NCBI GenBank assembly: GCA_964035545.1
Contig: OZ037767.1
Span: forward strand, 817,680-881,679
Source of the DNA: Bugula neritina
Taxonomy: Eukaryota; Animalia; Bryozoa
Direction of reading: 5' to 3'
Length of the DNA: 64,000 bases
Shown here: positions 18,501 through 27,400 of the stretch, one piece after another
Layout: each line of letters begins with the position of its first letter
Position numbering within the stretch: the stretch's first letter is position 1
Made by a program: the position numbers and the translations under genes
The notes under the pieces: model-generated
What the model was told of the DNA's origin: nothing
Database searches by the model: none
What the model saw: only the letters and a program-made list of their open reading frames with translations

Positions 18501-19522
18501 CCATCAAACTGCTTTAGCCTTGTCTGGTTGTTGTCAAGCTTTGGCTTACCGAGATCAACAAAATCTTTGTGATTGAGAATGTTACAGGATGCTCCTGTGT
18601 CAATCTGAAACTGTGTCGGTTTGTGACTATCATTCACACTGGCTCTTATAGTTGTCATCAACTTTTTGTTCTTTCTGACTACCTGTATGCTCAACAACGA
18701 TTCACTTGAGCCATCACTGTCTTCTTCTACCATGTTTACTTGCTTCTTTGAGCGACATTGAGATCTCCAATGGTTGTACTTTTTGCAGTTATGACACTGG
18801 TGACCGTATGCAGGACACTTTCTGGGAGGGTGAGACTGCCCACAGTTGCCACAACTTCCTTTTGAGAAGTTTCCTGTTCGAGTGGACCTTACTGCATTAT
18901 CATCATCATCTTTGCTTGGCTTATTAGGCTTCTTTCTGGAACCGATGAACTGCACTGATTCTTCAGACTGGATTGCAGCCATGTCATTCCTTGAATTCTC
19001 AGCAATACGACATTTCTTTATAGCTTCTTCTAGTCCTAAGCCAGTATCCCCGCTGGCATCATCAAATAGCTTCCTTCTTAGTTGGGCATCGTTGATACCC
19101 AGGAGTAAAGCTTGAAGCATGAAATCGTCATACATTGTGTCCAGTTGACACTCTCGAGCGATTTTGTGAAGCGAGGTGACATATTCATCAATGTTCATGG
19201 TATTCTGCTTGGTTGATAACAGTTGATGTCTTTTTACTACTTTATTAGTGCCTCGTTGACAAAAAGCATCAAACTTCTCCACAACATCAGCATAGACTTC
19301 TTTTGATTTACCATCTGAGAAAGTGAATGTTTTGAATATGTCGTTGCCTCTGGGGCCTATGCATCTTAACATAATGGCTACTTTGACTTTATCATCAGAA
19401 TTTGCTTTCTCAGCTGCTGTGAGGAATAGCTCAAATTCTTCTTTAAATCTCATCCACTGGTTGGACAAGTCAGAGCCATCTTGAATAGGCTTGGGGGCTA
19501 AAAAGTCAACACTGATACTCAT
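15539..19522 (-). CDS. Gag-Pol polyprotein (1327 aa): Gag with two zinc knuckles, protease, RT, RNase H, integrase
   Basis: CGNCGQSHPPRKC and CHNCKKYNHWRSQC knuckles; protease IDTGA; RT MPFGL and VADD; RNase H TDAS, ELELLAI, TDH; integrase HTSH...CVTC and D,D,E (GMDIL, SDNGPQF, KAEAAV). Order PR-RT-RH-IN is Gypsy type. Confidence 0.97.
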   Translation of the reverse strand: MSISVDFLAPKPIQDGSDLSNQWMRFKEEFELFLTAAEKANSDDKVKVAIMLRCIGPRGNDIFKTFTFSDGKSKEVYADVVEKFDAFCQRGTNKVVKRHQLLSTKQNTMNIDEYVTSLHKIARECQLDTMYDDFMLQALLLGINDAQLRRKLFDDASGDTGLGLEEAIKKCRIAENSRNDMAAIQSEESVQFIGSRKKPNKPSKDDDDNAVRSTRTGNFSKGSCGNCGQSHPPRKCPAYGHQCHNCKKYNHWRSQCRSKKQVNMVEEDSDGSSESLLSIQVVRKNKKLMTTIRASVNDSHKPTQFQIDTGASCNILNHKDFVDLGKPKLDNNQTRLKQFDGSITRALGGCELEVAGEKLYFLVHKTQNHSLLSGEAALQLGLITIKEEWVNLISNASLDDILGSYPEVFEGIGCLPGEYHIEIDDKAIPRQSHNRKTPLSMVADLKQKLQSYTQKGILSPVDYPTAWINNHVAVRKPNGTLRVCLDPSNLNQVIQRNHFPMPTLDDVLSELDGARVFSLCDAKDGFLQIKLSKKSSDLTTFWTPFGKYKWLRMPFGLSSSPEEFQRRLSDALSGLDGVTVVADDILIYGKGATQAEAVQDHNQKLEKLLARARRVNLKLNKKKCKFLLEELPYIGHLITKDGVKPDPNKIRAITDMKPPVNSEEIQRFLGHVNYLSKFIPHCSAECEPLRRLIGVSKEEFVWGQDQKRAFDEIKKLITKTSSLKYFNMNQPVVVQTDASLEGLGAVLLQEGQPVSYGSRSLTDSEKNYAPIELELLAIVYGMQKYDQYVFGNPDVTVHTDHHPLETIFKKPLNKAPKRLQSMLLALQRYQIKVHYKPGSEQVTADMLSRAPVGEPQNNTSKEQIFTVNQLKSFMSDLSETGLKQDLPVSEATYKLIQQHTGNDPVMVQLQSLITSGWPNKLFQLPEEVKPYYSYKDELAVLDGIIYKGSRLVVPIAARGEILNKLHTSHQGTAATIRRARNAVFWPQMAEDIRMKTDKCVTCAMDAPLQQHESLQNHDIPDLPWSKVGMDILTYKHKDYLMLVDYYSDFFECEPLSDTQSRAVIKACKKTFARYGIPHQLQSDNGPQFTSADFARFSTEWGFSHTTSSPGHQQSNGKAEAAVKIIKRLMKRAEDPYLALLEYRNTPTAGMTSSPAQRMFGHSTRSILPTGDMPNNNVLQQKANKRKVIQSSYNKSAKDLTKLAIGSPVLLRDFVSQKTRWQQGRVVEQLSDRSYLVSNKDTDMAVRRNRADLRPLSDVEASQPLTTVEIPTDANDPVSSHSVPDAQIQSAATAIPTEVNTNPDPAPVRWQRSRQTKTPAKYEQYELY

Positions 19523-19551
19523 CTTGACACTTTACTTTTAGTTTCTTTAAG

Positions 19552-19569
19552 TCCTCACTCGGGGCACCA
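19552..19569 (-). other. Primer binding site TGGTGCCCCGAGTGAGGA
   Basis: Starts TGG directly after the 5' LTR. Complement TCCTCACTCGGGGCACCA resembles the 3' end of animal elongator tRNA-Met as I recall it (…TCCTCACACGGGGCACCA). Confidence 0.8.
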
Positions 19570-19764
19570 TGTTTATGTTATGTTTGCTTTATAGATTCAG
19601 AGACTGGTCAAAGAGTTTAAGATAGTTTATTGCTCAAGATATTAAAGGTCCACTCTGGATAGATCTAAAAGCACAAACTGACTATTATTAATAACACGAA
19701 TAACATAGTATAAAGTATAAACCTTTACAAACAAAGACAAAGCTTATTCAGCATATCATCAACA
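19570..19764 (-). repeat. 5' LTR (195 bp)
   Basis: Identical by eye to 15070-15264; immediately followed on the minus strand by the PBS. Confidence 0.95.
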
Positions 19765-20349
19765 ATACTCACTACTACTACTACTAGTTTTACTTTTAAT
19801 ATAGTATTAAATTGAATTACTATATTAACAATCACAATCTAATAATCATGGTCATAATGATAATTATAATGATTTTATTTTTAAATTCATGCTTCAACAA
19901 TTTAACTTCAAGTTTACTTTTAGTTTAGATTATCATTATGATTATTATTATAATTAAATTTAGAATTAATCATTTAATGCTTTAAGTTTAAGTTTCATTT
20001 TAATATTTATAATCAACTTCAAGTTCATTATGATTAACAATATGAATTGAATAATTAAATAACTAACTTCAAACTTCAATTTTAGGTAAAACTAAATTAC
20101 GATTATTTTTATTTTTTAATATCAAGTTTAATAATAATATTGTAATTGTTTTTTAATTTCATTTAATTAAGTATTACTGTTAAATTTAATATTTATCGAT
20201 ATTATTATTATAATTATTAAATAAACTAAAATCAAAAATAAAACTAATGGTCGTGCAAACTGATCAAATAATAGTACTAATGCAAATAAAGCCTAATTTG
20301 AATATTAGAGCTGAAATAAAAATGTGGCAATTTGATACTAAAATGAAAC

Positions 20350-20800
20350 TACATAATCCAACAGCTGCAGCTGCGTTGCCCTCTCGCAATTCCATTTCTA
20401 TGTTTTCCGGAAACCGCTTAGTTTTTTCTATTGGTATTGTAAAGGAACACTGCTCTACGTCATTATTTTCAAGCTAGTCTATTGGTCTAATAGTCCCGAG
20501 GCGTGTAGGAGAAAGCCGCCAATTGCTTTATTGTGAAGGAATAAAGTAAATGGTATTTTTTACTCTTTACTTATCATTATTTCAGTATTTCAAGAAAACT
20601 TAAAAAATATGGGAAGACTTTTAATTTATTATATTGAAAAATTATTTGCTCAAGTTTTATTAGTTGCCTAGAAAAGTGAATTTAAACCACGCGTTTTCAT
20701 TCATCCCTAAGCTCTCCGGTGCATAACGAGTCAACAAAAGCATAAATATTGGCTTAATTACGAGCCTAGACATGGCGCCCATCTTGCGCAAAGAGTCAAC
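20350..20800. promoter_or_regulatory. Putative bidirectional promoter region (BCKDHA minus / BAZ1A plus)
   Basis: Local CpG/GC-enriched patch with CCAAT boxes and YY1-like ATGGCG/CCATCTT between divergent genes. Both start codons lie just downstream of splice acceptors (14441 minus; 21426 plus), implying non-coding first exons. Confidence 0.5.
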
Positions 20801-21426
20801 ATCGATTCTTTTTGTTAATGTGGCTCTAACTTGTACAAGCTTTGTAAAACAAGTTATTTTTAAGGCCAAAAGCATCTACTTTCGTTTTAGAACAGCAAAG
20901 TGAAACTATTTTCCATTTTTCTTATAGTAGTAATAGTTATAGTATACCAAGAGACAAAGTGAGAGTCAGAGTGATAGTGATACTGTCACTGATTCTAAAT
21001 CTAATTGTAATACTTTAAAGTTTATTGCTTAGACTTATAGTTATAGTAATAGTTATTACCTCTCAAATTAAAAAAAATTAAACTATTTAAAGCTTTACTA
21101 GATTTTCAAATAGGTACTTCAACTTTATGAATATCTCAATCTTAGTATTAGTAATCTTACAGTTGATGTTACTAGTTAGTGTTACGCAGTTACACCAACA
21201 TTTACTGATTTACATAAATATTAACTTTAAGTTAAACATTATGATTCAATTTCAGTAGCTGAAGTTTGTCAAACCTAATAATGCAGTAATATATTATAAT
21301 TATTTCAATTTGAAAGTTTATAGTCTGTTTAGAGCATTTCAACATAATAAGCCTAGATGGTAGCGTTATTGAATGTGTTTAGCTCAAATGCTGTAAAGTG
21401 AAACTCACCTCATGTCCCTGTTGTAG

Positions 21427-24400
21427 ATGCCTCTCCTACGCAGAAAGAAGTTCAGTCCTAAGCCTCTACCAGACATTGATCCAGATGCGGACTACTTTGT
21501 GTGTAAAGCAACAGGGGAGGTGTTTGAGGAGTATGAGTGAGTATTGTATCACACTGTGGGGTTCATGGCATAAGCAGTTACTCTCTGTTTGTGTAATTTT
21601 TAGAGTTTTATTCATTAAGAAGAAATCTCAGTTTGGATAAGTAATTCCATATGACATATAATATGACAAACCTCCTGTTCTTACGTTCAATTACTTGACA
21701 AAGATGTGTATATGAACAACCTTGTTTCAGTGTATATTTTTAATATTAATATTGTTATGTCATTTCGGAGTAAAAATTTCTATTGAAATAATAATCTTAA
21801 ATAAGTAAGATTTTCTATATATTCATAGTTAAGATGACCTTCCTGGTTGTTTCAATCAGGCCCAATTAGTTCTCTCAGTCCTGCTGTACTTTAACATGAA
21901 GACTAGACATCTACTTCCTGTAAGAGCTCTATTTCCCTGTTACTGGAGATGCTGTTGTAGAGAGTTCTACCAGAGAGTGATAGTGTGCAACTCCTTAGTC
22001 TGGTCCTGCGGGGTCACCGGTAGACCGAATCTCACATACTCTGAGGCTATTGCCTACGAAGAGAAAGCCCTAGCAATCATCAACAGATTCCCTCAACAGC
22101 TGAGGTTAGTTTCTTCTTTAGCTCTGCGTGTCGTTTCTTTAGGTCTGTATTCTTATAAATTTTGGTCTTTATAAAATGTGTTCAAATGTTTTACTTACTT
22201 AAGCTTTGAATGTCATTTTTGATTTTTTTATTTTTATGTCATCTGTTGCTATTCACTGCTGGACTGTTACCCTGCACTGCTGGACTGTTGCTATGCACTG
22301 CTAAACTGTTGCTATTCACTGCTTGACTGTTACTCTGCACTGCTGGACTGTTACTATTCACTGCTGGACTGTTACTCTGCACTGCTGGACTGTTACTGTA
22401 CACTTGTCATGTTTGCAGAGTGCCAACACTGCATCTTGCCACGCTGACGTATCGAACCAGAATTAACGATATGAACGAAGATGTTTACGTTTACATAAAA
22501 GACATATACTTTAAAGATGAGATTGTGGAGGCCATACATGAGGATGAATGGTGAGTAATAAACAATACCTCCTAAACCTGTGATGTTGAAGCACACCTAC
22601 ACTACGCTGTATGACTGTATACTGAGTGCGTTGTGTTCAGGTGGGAGGGCAAAGTAGTGGATACTTTCCTACACTATGAAGAGGGGGAGGAAGTAGATCC
22701 AGAAGAGATAGCTCCTGACGAGCCTGATTGGGAGTAAGTCTCGTACACCCACTACTCTCTGGTAACCTGTGTATTGTCACTACTGTCTGGTAACTCGTGT
22801 ATTGTCACTACTGTCTGGTAACACGTGTATTGTCACTACTGTCTGGTAACACGTGTATTGTCACTACTGTCTGGTAACACGTGTATTGTCACTACTGTCT
22901 GGTAACTCGTGTATTGTCACTACTGTCTGGTAACACGTGTATATTATCACTCTACAGCTATTTGTACATTGCTTATATTTGCTGTAACTTAACCTTCTTT
23001 TACTCACAGTATTATACTTACACTATATATACTTCTGCTGTCTAGCCACACTTACACTATAGTACTTACACTACTCTACTTACACTATAGTACTTACACT
23101 ACATATACTTACACTACTCTACTTACACTGTCTAGCCATATCCGATATCGAGTGAGACTGTGGGACGACGAGACCAGTGAGTATATAGCGGGAGACGAGG
23201 GGATAGTCGTCGTAGACACTTCCTGTATACGGAGGGAGAAGAACGGACCTCACAGCATTAACCAGGACAAGGTGAAGATGTTCCTCAAGTACCACTGCGA
23301 GCAGGTCGACTTCATCTGGCGCGTCAAGGTTTGTCCTTGAGACTAACATCACCTGATATGTGACTAGTAGGTATGACCTGCTGTTCAGTCAGAAACTCTA
23401 CTGAGATATTTCCTGTTGCAGAAAGAAGTTATTGACGAATATCAGTTGGATGGTGTGAAATTCTCCGACCATATTTGCTTAGTTGAGCCTAAGTTCCCCA
23501 AGTCTAAAACGCCTGCTAAAAGGTCAAGTATGGGCAAGGGTAAGTCGTCCCGCAGGACTCAGGAGGATCTAGAGATCATACGAGAAGCTAAACAGATGTC
23601 TAAGGAGGCATCCAAGAATAAACAGAAAGATATCAACACTAAAGGTTTGTTCAGCTTCTCCTGTTATGTTCCAGATGTGATGCCATTCACTGTATTGTGG
23701 TGTGATGTCACTGTATTGTGGTGTGATGTCACTGTATTGTGGTGTGATGTCACTGTATTGTGGTGTGATGTCAGTGTGTTGTGGTGTGATGTCAGTGTAT
23801 TGTGGTGTGATGTCACTGTATTGTGGTGTGATGTCACTGTATTGTGGTGTGATGTCACACATTGATATTAGCTTTCTGCTGTCACACAGCAAAGAAAGAA
23901 GCGAAGGAGAAGATGACTCCTGAACAGAAAGCTGCCCAGAGACTGGTGCTGAAGGAGAGGCTGAGAGTGGAGAGGGAGAAACAGAGGGAGGAGGCGGCGG
24001 CCAAACTACTTGAAGAGAAAGTCAGGTTGAAGGAGCTGAGGGAGCAGGAGAGGGTCAAGGTAGTTTCTCCTCGATATAGGAACTACTTTGGAGTTGTGTG
24101 TCTAATACTTGTAGAGTGTCTCAACTGTAGAGTATCTCACCCGTAGAGTGTGTCACCTGTAGAGTATCTCACCTGTAGAGTATCTCACCTGTAGAGTATC
24201 TCACCTGTAGAGTATCACACCTGTAGAGTATCTCACCTGTAGAGTATCTCACCTGTAGAGTATCTCACCTGTAGAGTATTGCAGGCGAGGGAAGAGAAGA
24301 GAGTACTGGCTGACAGGAGGAGGGAGTGGAATAAGCCACGTGATGATCTCCTATGTGATGACTTAGCCCAGTTACCTACCTCCGCACAGGTGCCGGCCGT

Positions 24401-27400
24401 CCTCGACCCCTACTTTGGGGAGATTGTTATGATAGTCGAGTTCCTCTCAGTGTTTGGTTCACAACTCGGGCTGGAGAACAGCTTCCCCGGTGGAGTCACA
24501 ATAGGTTGGTGAGATTTCTCTGCTACATCTGCTCCCTGTTCTTCTGCTGACGACACGCCTTCATGTGCTGAGGTTTGTTTTAGAAATGGTGGAGAAGGCT
24601 CTGTTTGGCTCAGACATAAACGGCCCTCTCTCCGATCTTCTGTGCTTCTTCCTGGCGGCCATCTTCAACTGCATCGAGGAGGAGGAAATGGACGAGGAGA
24701 TGGCCGAAGGTGAAGGTGTAAAAGGTCAACAGGAAGTCGGGAAGGGAGACCTTCTTGACGACACAACAGAGCCCGGTGAAATGAGCTACAAAAGGCTGAT
24801 TGAGAACGCTACGTCCGCCTCCCAGATCTCTCAGCTCACACACGGTAAGTTACTCGGGCTTACGACGGTCTCGGCTACATTGCAAACACCCGACTTCTCC
24901 TTCCAGCAGCTTCCTTCTGAAAGTTGTCAATCATTAAAAGAAAAGAAATTCTCTCTTCATTTTATTTTCACTTGTGTTGAGCACAGCTGCACCATGCATA
25001 GACAAGTCTTGCAATCAGCTACCAGTATATAGTGTGTTATCCACCAATCAGCTACCAGTATATAATGTGTTATCCACCAATCAGGTACGAGTCTGAAGAG
25101 CTTCCAACTAGACCCGCTCACAGTATCGGAGGTGTTACGTCTGCACCTCCTAGCCTCAGGCGCCAAGGGCTCTTCCTCCAGCGTCAAGTTCAGGTACCAA
25201 TCTCGTGGAGGTTACACTTCCCTGGATGATGCCGGCATCGAGCTCAAGAAAGACTTCCCTCACATTCTCAGCTCCCTCGCAACGGGAAATGTGTTTGACC
25301 TTGACATTGGTACGTCACCTTGCGCTATTATATTTATAACTAGAGCTACATATATTGTACTACTATATGCTGTGTCTGTGTAGTAAGGTGATCCATTAGT
25401 TTGTTAGTATGATTAGAATTTGTTAGTATAATTACTAATTAGATGTTGATTACTATGTTGTGGTCTTTAGCTGATAAACTTAGAATTATCTCCACTCTGA
25501 TAACACAACTCCTAACATACGCCAGTATAAGAGACGTGATTGAGGAGTCCATCGACCAATACAAATCAGTGTCTTATGAGCTCAAGCAGATCCAGTGGGC
25601 GGAGCAAAGGAGAGAGAGGGAGGAGACTCAGATACGACACAAGAAGCGCTTGGAGCAAAGGCTGCATCCTCAGCACACGTACGTCTGTCTGTACGTCTGT
25701 CTGTGCGTATCTCCTGTAATTAGTCTGTCTGTGTGTCTGCAGTGTGTATATCATGTAATTAGTCTGTCTGTGTGTTTGCAGTACTTCTGCTGGTGAAGAG
25801 ATTGAAAAGATGGACACTACGGGGGAAGGGGATGCTAAGCCCGAGATCCTAGATCTTAAGCCAACTGAGGGGATAAACCAGTCCGTCACATCAGCTGCCA
25901 CGGCATCTGACTCCAGCACCACAGTCAACGAGGAGGCTGCCAAGGAGGCCCGTAAAATAGCCAAGAGAATTCTCAGCGACACGGCTAAGCTAGACCCAAA
26001 CAGGATACCGCAGGACACCGGCCGGTCACGCAGAAAGGTGAGACAACTCCTGTCCTGTGCAGAAGACACGGTATTATCTGTAGAAGTGTTGAGTACAGTT
26101 AGAGTATTATCTGTAGAAGTGTTGAATACAGTTAGAGTATTATCTGTAGAAGTGTTGAATACAGTTAGAGTATTATCTGTAGAAGTGTTGAGTACAGTTT
26201 GAGTATTATCTGTAGAAGTGTTGGATACAGTTTGAGTATTATCTGTAGAATGCACCGGCAGACGATTTCAACTGGAGAGAGTACGACATGACCGACTGGA
26301 ATAATCTAGAAGAGAAATATATCAACGGTGAGGACTTGGAAGTTCTAAACTGTCGGAGGAAGGAGATTGAGACGAGACGCAAACAGGATTACTTAGATAA
26401 GGTTTGTGGAAGTGTTCTAGAATGTTCCATTAGTTGAGCCAGCATTTATCTGCAGTCTAGTGATTGTGTTTGGTTGCCGTGACTACACAGGAAGCTGAGA
26501 TGCAGGACAACATGTACGAGTTGAGCAGTAGAATAGCCACCCACCCTCTGGGCCAGGACCGCTGGGGCCGCTACTACTGGTCCTTCAACTCCATACCCAA
26601 CATATACGTGCAGAAGCTACCCACAGATGTTATATCACAACCCACCGAGCTTGACGCTTCACTGCACAGCGAGAAAGTGAGTGAGATGTGCTCTTTCTAC
26701 AATGTTGAAGTACTGGGATATTGACTAGTAATTGAGTTGTCCCGTCAAAATGCAATATTTTGGAGTTATTTTTGCTTGTGTTATTTTAGGAAAATGTACC
26801 GTCCAAACAAGAAGTAAACTCTGCATCCACCACTAGTTCAGGGGAGACCAGTGCTCCGCCCCTGCTAAATGGAGGCAGTAAACCTTCCCTTCCCAACACA
26901 ATACTTGAGGATGACCCTAGTAATTCAGAGGTGACTATCACTCAGTACTAGTGACTACCACTCTGTACTAGTGACTATCACTCTGTACTAGTGACTACCA
27001 CTCAGTACTAGTAACTACCACTCTGTACTAGTGACTACCACTCAGTACTAGTAACTATCACTCAGTACTAGTGACTATCACTCTGTACTAGTAACTACCA
27101 CTCAGTAATAGTGATTATCACTCTGTACTAGTGACTATCACTACCGATCAGTTGGGTATAGATATAATACGGTCACCTGACACCAGCTGCCACACGTGGT
27201 GGTAGTTCTGGTCAGCTGTTGACCTTTGACCTATATCCTAGAATAAGTTGCGACTCTCTGGGGTTACTGTTTCAGTCTATCAGTCACCCTCGTAACTCGC
27301 AGACACTTCACTGCTAGCTCCCGACATTCTCTCTAGTAGTGGTACGAGGGTACTACCTACTACTACCACTACTAGTACTACTAGTAGTGGTACTACTAGT

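Larger units (their letters stand above)
15070..19764 (-). mobile_element. Full-length Ty3/Gypsy LTR retrotransposon, Mag-like
   Basis: Two identical 195-bp LTRs (15070-15264, 19570-19764) with TGTT...AACA ends. 5-bp TSD ATACT (15065-15069, 19765-19769). PBS next to the 5' LTR, polypurine tract next to the 3' LTR, and a single intact gag-pol ORF. Confidence 0.97.

Noticed and set aside
17769-19115. Antisense ORFs within the retrotransposon
   Set aside because: Short shadow frames of gag-pol with no recognisable motifs.
27140-27345. Extra BAZ1A exon
   Set aside because: All candidate acceptors I tested ran into stops or broke phase; direct splicing 26930/27431 keeps frame.
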